The notes under the pieces are model-generated. The model saw nothing but the letters and a program-made list of their open reading frames with translations. It did no database searches and was not told the origin of the DNA. The position numbers were made by a program, and so were the translations under genes. From Saprospiraceae bacterium (lineage in GTDB: Bacteria; Bacteroidota; Bacteroidia; Chitinophagales; Saprospiraceae): DNA of 64,000 nucleotides. Positions 35,921-44,757 of this stretch are shown here, piece after piece. The stretch is from contig JAIYAV010000217.1 of NCBI GenBank assembly GCA_027488855.1, forward strand, positions 9,197 through 73,196. The letters are read 5' to 3'. Each line of letters opens with the position of its first letter. The first letter of the stretch is position 1.

Positions 35921-36091
35921 CTTTTATTCATTTGTTCAAGTCATTTATTTAACGGAAGTACCCCGTTTAGTTACTGAGTAATGGAAAAAAATCCAAATGG
36001 ACTATTTACAATTCAATCAGCAGGGAGCCCAAGCAGATTCCTCTCAAGGATTCTCCTATCTTTAAACCTCCCCTTTCAAAACCTACATCGC

Positions 36092-37291
36092 ATGAAAACA
36101 AACCATATTTTTCTATTGATATTCATGGTATGGGCAAATATTGCATCCCTGACCGCCCAAATCCCCACCCTGGAAACTGGCTCCCAAAAACCGATGCCCG
36201 CCGAATGGATCGATCGCAGCACCGGGCACCGCATCAAACGGCTCACACCCATCGACCAACCCAACGAGAGTTTTTATTTCCACAACAATCCCTTCCTCAA
36301 AACGCCGGATGGCAAAGCGGATTTGATGATTTATTACCGGGGACCACAATTGTATGTACTCAATTTAAAAACGATGGCGCATACCCAATTGACACACAAG
36401 CTGACCCGCAAATCCGGGGAAATTGTGGGGAAAATCCGTCGGGAAGTTTTTTATCAAGTCAAGGACAGTGTGTTTGCCACCCATATTGATCGAGCCCAAA
36501 CCCGCCTGGTTTGTGTTTTTCCACCCGATTTTAAAGGGTCGATTACCACACTGAACGCTAATGAGACCTTACTGGCAGGTAGTTGGGCTGCTCCGGCCAA
36601 GGATTCTATTTACAAACGCTATCCTGCTAAAGGGGAATATTTCGACCGGATTTTTGACGCCAAAATCCTCCATACCTTGTTCACCATCAACCTAAAAACC
36701 GGAGCATTGGAAAAAATCCACAGCGAAAATACCTGGTTGGGCCACATTCAATTTTCGGTCACCGATCCCAATATTCTGATGTTTTGCCACGAAGGCCCCT
36801 GGCACAAGGTGGACCGCATCTGGAACATCAACCTCAAGACCAAAGTGATCCAAAAAATCCATACCCGTACCATGGAGCGTGAAATTGCGGGCCATGAATT
36901 CTGGAGCTGGGACGGCAAAACCATCTGGTACGACCTACAAATGCCGCGTGGGGAAAGCTTCTACCTGGCTGGCTACCGCGTGGCGGATGGCCAACAAACC
37001 CGCTATCAATTGGTGCGAGATGAGTGGTCGATCCATTTCAACATTTCCCGGGATCAAAAATTGTTCTGTGGGGATGGCGGGAATCCGGGCCAGGTTGCAA
37101 AAGCGCAGGATGGCATGTGGATTTACCTTTTTCACCCCGGAAAAGACCATTTGAGGTCGGTAAAACTGGTGAACATGAAGCAGCACGATTATCGGCTGGA
37201 GCCGAATGTGCATTTTTCGCCGGATGGAAAATGGGTGATTTTTCGGGCGAATTTTGAGGGAATGAGTCAAATTTATGCGGTGGAACTTTAA
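36092..37291 (+). CDS. Oligogalacturonate-lyase-like (PL22-like) beta-propeller protein
   Basis: The ATG at 36092 gives the signal peptide 'MKTNHIFLLIFMVWANIASLTAQ'. 'FYFHNNPF', 'HEFWSWDGK' and 'HFSPDGKWVIFRAN' resemble the PL22/TolB-like propeller family. The family call is moderate. Confidence 0.55.
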   Translation: MKTNHIFLLIFMVWANIASLTAQIPTLETGSQKPMPAEWIDRSTGHRIKRLTPIDQPNESFYFHNNPFLKTPDGKADLMIYYRGPQLYVLNLKTMAHTQLTHKLTRKSGEIVGKIRREVFYQVKDSVFATHIDRAQTRLVCVFPPDFKGSITTLNANETLLAGSWAAPAKDSIYKRYPAKGEYFDRIFDAKILHTLFTINLKTGALEKIHSENTWLGHIQFSVTDPNILMFCHEGPWHKVDRIWNINLKTKVIQKIHTRTMEREIAGHEFWSWDGKTIWYDLQMPRGESFYLAGYRVADGQQTRYQLVRDEWSIHFNISRDQKLFCGDGGNPGQVAKAQDGMWIYLFHPGKDHLRSVKLVNMKQHDYRLEPNVHFSPDGKWVIFRANFEGMSQIYAVEL

Positions 37292-37303
37292 GCAGAATCA
37301 ACT

Positions 37304-37411
37304 CTAAGGTGCACTAAGGTGTCTTAGGTGGTTCAAATAAAATATGCCTAAATTTTTTAGAATCAAACTAGACTCATATTGAACCACCTAAGGCACCTAA
37401 GGACACCTTAG
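37304..37411. repeat. CTTAGGTG-word palindromic element, subtype 2 (33-nt arms, 4 mismatches, ~42-nt loop)
   Basis: The left arm 'ctaaggtgcactaaggtgtcttaggtggttcaa' pairs with the reverse complement of 37379-37411. It lies between convergent genes. Confidence 0.85.
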
Positions 37412-37474
37412 TAGTGGGGCAAATAACGAGAACTTATTTTTAAAACTGAAATTTGGCCTAAAAACAAGTCTGTA

Positions 37475-38779
37475 TTATTTCTTCAACGTCCCCAAAAGCC
37501 CCGCAAATTCTCCCGCCAAATGCCTTCTCGTAAACTGCTGAATTCCTTCCGCACTCCCCTTCAATTCCCCCTTTTGATACGCAGTAAAAAACGCCAAAAT
37601 GCTGTTTTTCAGCCCTTCCACATCCTCGTAATTGTGCAGCGCCCCACCTTTGGTCAATTCTACCACTTTCGCCGAGTCACTATCTTTGGGGCCAATGGCC
37701 AGCAAAGGGCGGCCCGATCCAAGGTATTCGTACAATTTGCCCGGAATGATGGTGCGGGCATTCGGAGAATTGTTGATCAACAGGAGCAATACTTGAGATT
37801 GCTGTTGGTACAAAACCGCTTCCGAGTGGGGTACAAAGTCGATGAATTCCGTATTCGCTTCCAGACCGTATTTTTGCACCGATTCCCGCACCGAAAAATC
37901 GGTCGGACCAATCAGGCGAATTTTTAATTTTTGTTGCAATGCTGGCGCCTCAGCCAAAGCGGCTTGTACCGCTTGCCAAAATACTTCGGGGTTGCGGTCT
38001 TTGTTCATTGAACCAATGTGGGCAATGGAAAATTCAGCATCCAGTTTGGCCGTTTCCGCTTGCGCAAAATCGGCATCGTCAAAACCATTGGGGATGACAG
38101 CGATGTCTTTTCGGCCACAAAGTTCCACAAATTCATCCCGCGAACGCCAGGTAACGGCCACTACTCGTGAGGCTTTGCGGAGCACCTTTTGCTCCAGTGC
38201 TTTGTGCCGTGCATCCGCCCAGGAAGTCAGGCGCAGGTCTTTGTAAAAATCAATATTGGTCCAGGGATCCCGGAAATCAGCCACCCAGGGAATACCTGTC
38301 GCCTTGTGCACTCCTTCCGCAATCAGGTGCATGCTGTGCGGCGGCCCGGTGGATACGATGGCATCAACCGGGTGCTCTTGCAGGTATTTAGTCAGGTATT
38401 TGATTGAGGGTTTGATCCAAAACATGCGGGCATCGGGGATAAAAAAGTTGCCCCGGATGAAGACGGATACCTTTTGGGCCAGGCTTTCTTTTTTCCCCTC
38501 GTTGATAAAACCTGAATAGATTTTTTCTTCCTTTTTTCGCCCTAAAAATTGCTTATACAATTGATAAGGCTCCCAAATCGGCGTTTTGACCACTTGCAAA
38601 TCGGGCGCAACTTCCTTGGCAAGGCTTTCGTCAAAGGCAGCTGTTTCGCCGTTTTCGGGTGTATACACGACAGGTTCCCAGCCGTACTGCCGGATGTATT
38701 TGGTCATTTTGACCCAACGCATTACGCCGCCGCCGCCAGCGGGGGGCCAGTAATAGGTGATGAGTAGGAATTTTTTCAT
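37475..38779 (-). CDS. Glycosyltransferase (GT4/GT1-like, GT-B fold)
   Basis: The start was moved to 'MKKFLLITYYWPPAGGGGVMRW' (ATG at 38779). The longer ORF to 39001 would overlap the upstream gene. The C-terminal half has a GT-B 'E..G' region, 'KLYEYLGSGRPLLAIG'. Confidence 0.7.
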   Translation of the reverse strand: MKKFLLITYYWPPAGGGGVMRWVKMTKYIRQYGWEPVVYTPENGETAAFDESLAKEVAPDLQVVKTPIWEPYQLYKQFLGRKKEEKIYSGFINEGKKESLAQKVSVFIRGNFFIPDARMFWIKPSIKYLTKYLQEHPVDAIVSTGPPHSMHLIAEGVHKATGIPWVADFRDPWTNIDFYKDLRLTSWADARHKALEQKVLRKASRVVAVTWRSRDEFVELCGRKDIAVIPNGFDDADFAQAETAKLDAEFSIAHIGSMNKDRNPEVFWQAVQAALAEAPALQQKLKIRLIGPTDFSVRESVQKYGLEANTEFIDFVPHSEAVLYQQQSQVLLLLINNSPNARTIIPGKLYEYLGSGRPLLAIGPKDSDSAKVVELTKGGALHNYEDVEGLKNSILAFFTAYQKGELKGSAEGIQQFTRRHLAGEFAGLLGTLKK

Positions 38780-38811
38780 AAGGCTGCAAAAGTAAACAAT
38801 TATTGGAACCC

Positions 38812-39732
38812 CTAAAAGTAAAGCATGGCTAATGAGCCACAGACTGCCTTGACCAACAATAAACCATCGATTACGATGAGATAGTACAAAATGGAGCGCC
38901 TTTTTTTGAGGGCCTGTACTGCAAAGAGCATAGCTATGAAAGGCAGGGTATTCAAGCCGATTTTCATCATCGAAAAATTGTGGGAAAAACTGTACATCCA
39001 AAAAGTCGCCAGGCCGATGATGCTCAAGGGGAGTAAAATGCTGAACAGGGTATTCCGCAGTCCCCGCCGCACCACAAAGGTATTCAAACGCTGTCGGGCA
39101 TCACTGGCATAATCCTTGATGTCGAACATGATGCCAATCAAGGCAATGAACATCAGGTTTTTGATGAACAAACGATAGCCAACGCCATCCAGTGCGCCTG
39201 GTTCTGCATGGGTAATTTTGTGCCACAAAATGGGATACATCGTGCAAATCCCCGCCCAACAAAAGCCTATGATGAAGGGCTTGAGCACCCCGATTTTGCG
39301 CAGGTTGTACTGCTCATTGAAACTGATGCCGTAATAACAAATGCCGAGGAAGGGTATGGACAAGCTCAAGGCCCATTGTAGGGCACTCATTTGCAACATC
39401 GCCCGGCCATAGGTAAGCACAAAATAAAGGGCATATCCGCAACAGATCAACAACAAAACGGCCTGACTAAATTGAACAAAAGACTTGTGCTTCAAATACC
39501 AACTTGCCCTTAAATCTGGTACAGTCGCCGTTTTGTCCAACAGGTAAGGTAAGGTGTAAAACCAGGTGGTCAGGGCAAAAACGGCCAGATAATAGGCCCA
39601 ATCCGCCAGCGGATATTCTTGCTGCAAGGTCGCTTCGATGGAGAGGGCTACCGCACACAATCCATAAAAGTAATTGCCGTAAAAAAAGCCATGAACAATG
39701 GAGCGAATTTGCATGGAGCCCTGCTTGTACAA
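38812..39732 (-). CDS. UbiA-prenyltransferase-like polytopic membrane protein
   Basis: Eight to nine hydrophobic segments. 'FDIKDYASDARQRLNTF' fits the second Asp-rich DxxDxxxD motif of the UbiA superfamily. The first motif is not clear. Confidence 0.45.
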   Translation of the reverse strand: MYKQGSMQIRSIVHGFFYGNYFYGLCAVALSIEATLQQEYPLADWAYYLAVFALTTWFYTLPYLLDKTATVPDLRASWYLKHKSFVQFSQAVLLLICCGYALYFVLTYGRAMLQMSALQWALSLSIPFLGICYYGISFNEQYNLRKIGVLKPFIIGFCWAGICTMYPILWHKITHAEPGALDGVGYRLFIKNLMFIALIGIMFDIKDYASDARQRLNTFVVRRGLRNTLFSILLPLSIIGLATFWMYSFSHNFSMMKIGLNTLPFIAMLFAVQALKKRRSILYYLIVIDGLLLVKAVCGSLAMLYF

Positions 39733-39767
39733 CCTTATTCATTCCATGTAAAATTACAGCAACTGGA

Positions 39768-40445
39768 TCAAAAATGAAACGATTCAACCTTATCACCCAG
39801 TACAAATTGCCGCATTTCTTCATCTAGTTGTTGAAAATCCTGCTTTTCTACCTTTTGAGCAATTTCGCCGCCCCGCAATACGTAGATTTGGTCGCAGGTA
39901 TCATTCAAGGTGGAAAATATATGCGAGGAAATCAGGATGGTTTTCTGCGCAGCCTTTAAACGTTCAATGATCGCCGTGATGAGCATATTGCTTTGGATGT
40001 CTACGCCGTTGAAGGGTTCGTCCAGAATAAAAAAATCGTTCTTTTGGAGCAAAATTCCAGTGAGCGCCAACTTCTTTTTCATACCCGTTGAATAAGTTTC
40101 AGCGTACTGGCTCAGGGGTAAATCGAAAATGTTTTTTTCAGCAAAATTGCTCAGTGGAATATTCCGGGCATTGCACAACAATTGGAGGTATTCTGATCCA
40201 GTGATTTTGGGCAAAAAATAGGGATTGGTGGGCAAAAAGCCCAACTGGTTTTTCAAAATCGGATAGGGACTACTGATGCTCCCAGAGCACGGCTCCAAAC
40301 CCGCAATACACTTGAACAAAGTGGTTTTGCCTGCGCCGTTTTCGCCCACCATGCCGTATACCTTTCCGGGTTCCAGCTCGAAGTTGATTTGTTTCAAAAC
40401 AGTTTTTGAGCCGTAATTTTTACTCAAATTTTCAATCTGGATCAT
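39768..40445 (-). CDS. ABC transporter ATP-binding protein
   Basis: The start was moved to 'MIQIENLSKNYG' (ATG at 40445). Walker A 'GENGAGKTT', signature-like 'YSTGMKKKLAL', Walker B 'FFILDEPFNGVD', and H-loop 'ISSH'. Confidence 0.85.
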   Translation of the reverse strand: MIQIENLSKNYGSKTVLKQINFELEPGKVYGMVGENGAGKTTLFKCIAGLEPCSGSISSPYPILKNQLGFLPTNPYFLPKITGSEYLQLLCNARNIPLSNFAEKNIFDLPLSQYAETYSTGMKKKLALTGILLQKNDFFILDEPFNGVDIQSNMLITAIIERLKAAQKTILISSHIFSTLNDTCDQIYVLRGGEIAQKVEKQDFQQLDEEMRQFVLGDKVESFHF

Positions 40446-41359
40446 TGTAGATAAGTATTTAATTGCTGTACAGCTCGTTTGTAAAACAGGGGCATCACAA
40501 TCAGCAACAAAGGTGGAAACCACATCGCAAGGCCAAAAAACAGCGCCTGAGGCAAACTCATCTCCCGAGGGTAAGCGGAGTATTTGGCCAAAATCATCGC
40601 CCCAATCAGAAACAAGCCCAATCCTAAAATCAGGAATAAAATCCAGTTTTTGTCCCAGAAAAATAGGCTCAGCACCACAACCAAAGGCAGCGTCAGCGTA
40701 CTGAGATAGAGCCAGGCTGTTGCCGTTTTTTTGAGCAAAAATTGCCGTGGCGTGCAGTTGTACATCCACACGTAATAGTCGTTTTCCGGCAGGGCGTAAT
40801 GGCTCATGGCCAACAAACATACAAAGGCTAGACTCCCCGCACCAAGGTTAAAATTGTCCACCTCAATGGCTTTCCAGGCTACAAAATAGGCAATCAAATA
40901 AAGCAACCAGTATTTGCGAAACCCAGTGGTAAACTCAAACGGGAAGCGAAAAAAGGGCGTGAGAATGGTCATATTCAAGCGACTGCCTGAGTTGAACAAG
41001 CTGAGTGCCAAAGCCCCCAGCAATAAGCCAAGTGCCAATAAAAATTCGGTTTTGCAACACAACAAAACGACAAATGGCAATACGCGTAGGCCATTTTCGG
41101 CAGCCCGAACTTGTCGATAGATTGCTAGCGGGAAGGTCGTTTTTAAAAAGTCGTTCCGCTCCTTTTCGCCAAAACTCAATACCAGGCTAAGCCCAGTGGC
41201 AGCATAAATGTAGCCGGCATAAGTCGTTTTGTAAAATAGGTAGAAGGATAAGCCGAGGAACAAAAGTACGCCAAGGATGTAACCCAAAACAGGGTGCAGC
41301 CCCAGCGCTTCCATTTTTCGGCTCAGGATCCGTTGTTGAAGGATAAAATAGTAGTACAT
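40442..41359 (-). CDS. Polytopic membrane protein coupled to the ABC ATPase (putative permease partner)
   Basis: 305 aa with about 8 hydrophobic segments. The stop overlaps the ATPase start (ATGA at 40442-40445). Confidence 0.55.
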   Translation of the reverse strand: MYYYFILQQRILSRKMEALGLHPVLGYILGVLLFLGLSFYLFYKTTYAGYIYAATGLSLVLSFGEKERNDFLKTTFPLAIYRQVRAAENGLRVLPFVVLLCCKTEFLLALGLLLGALALSLFNSGSRLNMTILTPFFRFPFEFTTGFRKYWLLYLIAYFVAWKAIEVDNFNLGAGSLAFVCLLAMSHYALPENDYYVWMYNCTPRQFLLKKTATAWLYLSTLTLPLVVVLSLFFWDKNWILFLILGLGLFLIGAMILAKYSAYPREMSLPQALFFGLAMWFPPLLLIVMPLFYKRAVQQLNTYLQ

Positions 41360-41402
41360 GCGCCGATTAGTTGCCTATAAAACTAAAAAATTACAATAGG
41401 GG

Positions 41403-42371
41403 TTATTTTTCCAACACCTCCACTGTATTCAACTCCGGCCCACCGCCCCGGTTTTTTGATCCAGCACCGATGTACAATTTTCCTTTGACCTGCACAACCT
41501 GAGTGCCGTGGCGGGTCGTGTTGAGTTTGGCCCATTTTTCCCACACATTCTTTTTCACATCATAAGCTTCCACCTCATTGTGCGCCTCCACGTGGGCAGT
41601 CGATTCGCCGCCGATAACGACTACCTTACCTTTGTACGCAATGGCAGTGGCTCCGGCCCGTGGCGTAGGAATGTTTTTGCTGGCGTCCAAAGTTGTCCAG
41701 GTATTGGTTTTGAAGTCGTAAACGTCCACCTCGTTCAAGGTGAGTTGTAACACCTGGTTGGTTTTGGCCCAGGAAGTGCGGCCACCAGCCACCACCAGTT
41801 TGTCTTTGACCACGGCTACGGAAATGTGGTCGCGGGCATGAGGCGCATCGGGGAGTTTGCGCCAGGTATTTGTAGCCGGGTCGTATTCGTCAAACCAGCC
41901 TACAAAACCATCCCAATGTCCATCCTGAATGCCACAAACGATGTAAAATTTGTCATCGCGAATGACAGTTCCAGCGGCACCACGCAGGCGATCTTTAGGA
42001 ATTTCGGGGCCTTTGCGCCAGGCATTGGTTTTGGGGTTAAAAATGTAAATGTTTTCGATGGGCTTCTCGTGTGGATAGCTGCCAGTAAAAGCCCCCATTA
42101 CATAAATTTCCCCTTTGTAACTCAGTGCCTGAAAATGACTCATTTCCATCGGCGTTTGTTGCAAAGCCTTCCAGGTTTTGGTCGACAAATCGAGTTCATC
42201 CACGGGCCGCATGCCCCTTCCACCCAACAAATACAGGCGATTGCCGATAGCAGCCATCGCGTTTTCGTGGCGGGAGCTACACTCGTTTTGGGTGGGTAAA
42301 ATCTGCCAGTTTTGAGCTGTAATAACCCCGCTGAGGCACAGCACGCTGAGAAAAAGAAGACAAATGCGCAT
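41403..42371 (-). CDS. Secreted Kelch-repeat beta-propeller protein
   Basis: Signal peptide. The repeated 'Y..GG' / 'W..L..P..R' units include 'LYLLGGRG', 'IYVMGAF', 'LVVAGGRT', 'VVVIGGES' and 'LYIGAGS'. Confidence 0.7.
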   Translation of the reverse strand: MRICLLFLSVLCLSGVITAQNWQILPTQNECSSRHENAMAAIGNRLYLLGGRGMRPVDELDLSTKTWKALQQTPMEMSHFQALSYKGEIYVMGAFTGSYPHEKPIENIYIFNPKTNAWRKGPEIPKDRLRGAAGTVIRDDKFYIVCGIQDGHWDGFVGWFDEYDPATNTWRKLPDAPHARDHISVAVVKDKLVVAGGRTSWAKTNQVLQLTLNEVDVYDFKTNTWTTLDASKNIPTPRAGATAIAYKGKVVVIGGESTAHVEAHNEVEAYDVKKNVWEKWAKLNTTRHGTQVVQVKGKLYIGAGSKNRGGGPELNTVEVLEK

Positions 42372-42494
42372 GTTTGTTCAAGTTTGGGTAAATATAAGCA
42401 AGAGGAAAGTTAGCGCTACATTTTTGGTAGAATTATGTCGCAATTGCCACACAAGCTGTCGCTTTTGAACCACATTTTGTTTTCGAAATAAAAC

Positions 42495-42502
42495 TATCTT
42501 TG
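42495..42502 (+). promoter_or_regulatory. Candidate Bacteroidota -7 promoter box (TAnnTTTG)
   Basis: TATCTTTG lies 65 nt upstream of the ATG at 42567. This is a motif match only. Confidence 0.3.
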
Positions 42503-42566
42503 TGTTGTCAAACTTTTTTTAATACATTTATCAGTCACAAAAATTGAAAACCCAAAAACAGTCCTG

Positions 42567-43811
42567 ATGCAAAATAAAATTTATCCTTGCCTTTGGTTTG
42601 ATGGCCAGGCCAAGGCAGCCGCCGAGTTTTACTGCTCCGTTTTTGGTGAGGGTAAAATTACGACCGACAGCCGCATGGTGGTCAACTTTGAACTGAGTGG
42701 CCAAAAATTCATGGGCCTCAATGGCGGACCTCAGTTCAAAATCAATCCTTCCATTTCTTTTTATGTGGTTTGCCAAAGCGAGGCCGAAATTGATAGTGTG
42801 TGGGCACAACTCAGCAATGGTGGTATGGTGATGATGCCTTTAGATGCTTACCCCTGGAGCCAAAAGTTCGGGTTTTTACAAGACCAATACGGAGTATCCT
42901 GGCAATTGACTTGGGGAAAATTGGAGGATGTTGGTCAAAAATTCACGCCGCTGATCCTATTTGCCAATGAGCATTTTGGCAACGCCGAAGCGGCCATCAA
43001 TGCTTATACCAGTTTGTTTCCTGAATCTTCTCTTGTAGGTATCGCCCGTTTTGAAGAAGGAGAACCCAGCCCCGGTATGATCAAACACGCCCAGTTCAAA
43101 CTCCATGGCCAGGTCTTCATGGCCATGGACGCTCCGGGCAACCATAATATAAATTTAAATGAAGGGGTATCTTTGGTGGTGGATTGCCAGGGCCAGGAGG
43201 AAGTTGACCATTATTGGAATGGCTTTACAGCCAAAGGTGAAGAGAGCATGTGCGCCTGGTTGAAAGATGAGTTTGGGGTATCCTGGCAAATTGTGCCTCG
43301 GGAATTGATGCATGCTTTGGCAGATCCTGATCCCGATGCAGCCCAATACGCGATGAATGCGTTATTTCAAATGCGTAAAATCGAAATTGCCAAACTCAAA
43401 CCACCTACCTTCATTACCGTAAAAAGCACTGTCAATGTACCTGTAGAAAAAGCGTGGGAATACTGGACTACCCCGGAACACATTGTACAATGGAACAATG
43501 CTTCCGACGATTGGCATACGCCCAAAGCTGAAACCGACCTGCGCCCAGGTGGCCGTTTTGTATACACCATGGCGGCTAGGGATGGCAGCGTGAGCTTTGA
43601 TTTTGGGGGTATTTTTGATGAAGTGGTTCCCAATGAACGCCTGACTTACACCATCGACGATGGGCGCAAGGTGGAGGTGACTTTCAAGGAAAATGGCCAG
43701 AGTACCGAAGTGATTGAGGCTTTTGAAGCGGAAAATATCCATAGCCATGAGTTGCAGGAAGCGGGGTGGCAGGCGATATTGGATAATTTCAAGCGGTACG
43801 CTGAGGGATAG
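42567..43811 (+). CDS. Fusion protein: two VOC/PhnB-like (3-demethylubiquinone-9 3-methyltransferase-type) domains plus a C-terminal SRPBCC/AHSA1-like domain
   Basis: 'IYPCLWFDGQAKAAAEFY' and a second 'ILFANEHFGNAEAAINAY' repeat, each followed by 'GVSWQ'. The C-terminal 'PVEKAWEYWTTPEHIVQWN...' is AHSA1/SRPBCC-like. Confidence 0.6.
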   Translation: MQNKIYPCLWFDGQAKAAAEFYCSVFGEGKITTDSRMVVNFELSGQKFMGLNGGPQFKINPSISFYVVCQSEAEIDSVWAQLSNGGMVMMPLDAYPWSQKFGFLQDQYGVSWQLTWGKLEDVGQKFTPLILFANEHFGNAEAAINAYTSLFPESSLVGIARFEEGEPSPGMIKHAQFKLHGQVFMAMDAPGNHNINLNEGVSLVVDCQGQEEVDHYWNGFTAKGEESMCAWLKDEFGVSWQIVPRELMHALADPDPDAAQYAMNALFQMRKIEIAKLKPPTFITVKSTVNVPVEKAWEYWTTPEHIVQWNNASDDWHTPKAETDLRPGGRFVYTMAARDGSVSFDFGGIFDEVVPNERLTYTIDDGRKVEVTFKENGQSTEVIEAFEAENIHSHELQEAGWQAILDNFKRYAEG

Positions 43812-43851
43812 ATAATTTTCGCCTTTGACCTAATAAACATAAGTCATCTCG

Positions 43852-43990
43852 AATTCCAAAGCGACATAATTTTCACAGAGAAAGCACAAAGAAGCACAAA
43901 GGACACAAAGTCAGACGTAGACGACGCTTCGCTTTGTGTCCTTTGTGTCCTCTTTTTTTCTTTGTGATAAAGAAATGTCGCTTTGGAATT
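43852..43990. repeat. CACAAAG-word palindromic element (copy 1)
   Basis: The outer arms 'aattccaaagcgacat' / 'atgtcgctttggaatt' are perfect. The inner arms are built from cacaaag/ctttgtg words. The central loop is 'tcagacgtagacgacgcttcg'. Confidence 0.85.
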
Positions 43991-44042
43991 TTGGGATGAC
44001 GAACTGTTCTATTTGGCGGTTTGATTTTATGCCAATTCCGGC

Positions 44043-44050
44043 TATCTTTG
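44043..44050 (+). promoter_or_regulatory. Candidate Bacteroidota -7 promoter box (TAnnTTTG)
   Basis: TATCTTTG lies 22 nt upstream of the ATG at 44072. This is a motif match only. Confidence 0.3.
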
Positions 44051-44071
44051 TAGAAACCAGTTTGAACAATT

Positions 44072-44701
44072 ATGCCAACTGTACTCGAATCTCAGGCTGT
44101 TGTTGCCAATGTTTTCAAGGTGAAGTTTCACCTTGAAAAACCCTTGCGCATGGATGCAAAAGACATGAGCAGTGAGGAGTTTTTTGCCTTCTGCCAACTC
44201 AACGACGACCTGCGGATTGAACGTGCTGCGGATGGCCAAATGATTATTATGGCGCCAACGGGATCAGAAACTGGAAACAGAAATTCAGAAATCAATGCTG
44301 AAATAGTTTTTTGGAATCGCATACATAAATTAGGGGTTACTTTTGATTCTTCCACTGGTTTCACACTACCCAATGGAGCTGAGCGTGCCCCCGACACTGC
44401 CTGGATTCGCAAAGAGCGCTGGGATGCCCTTGGCATTCAGGAAAAGAAAAAATTTGCTCCGATTGCCCCGGATTTCATACTCGAACTGCGCTCTGAAAAC
44501 CAAAGCCTCAGCGAACTCCGCGAAAAAATGGACGAATACATGGATTGTGGCTGCCGCTTGGGTTGGCTAATCGATCCACAAAACCGGCGTACCTATGTGT
44601 ACAATGAAAATGGGGAAATTCAAACGGTGCCGTTTGAAGAGAAATTGAGCGGAGGTATGGTAATGCCAGGGTTAGAGGTAGTCTGGGGGGAAGTGATTTG
44701 A
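44072..44701 (+). CDS. Uma2-family (DUF820) PD-(D/E)xK endonuclease-like protein
   Basis: 'EEFFAFCQLNDDLRIERAADGQMIIMAP', 'APDFILELRSENQSL' and 'KMDEYMDCGCRLGWLIDP' follow the Uma2 pattern. Confidence 0.8.
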   Translation: MPTVLESQAVVANVFKVKFHLEKPLRMDAKDMSSEEFFAFCQLNDDLRIERAADGQMIIMAPTGSETGNRNSEINAEIVFWNRIHKLGVTFDSSTGFTLPNGAERAPDTAWIRKERWDALGIQEKKKFAPIAPDFILELRSENQSLSELREKMDEYMDCGCRLGWLIDPQNRRTYVYNENGEIQTVPFEEKLSGGMVMPGLEVVWGEVI

Positions 44702-44757
44702 GAATATATGAGGGAATTTTCGGGGTATGGTGTGCAAAATGGTAACATGGTAACGTT

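Noticed and set aside
38780-39001. N-terminal extensions suggested by the longest ORFs (37475..39001, 39768..40820, 47597..50902, 35981..37291, 31343..31960 and 1561..4173)
   Set aside because: The extensions overlap upstream genes or intergenic repeats and precede obvious native N-termini (signal peptides, 'MIQIENLSKNYG', 'MKKFLLITYYWPP'). Internal ATG starts were used instead.
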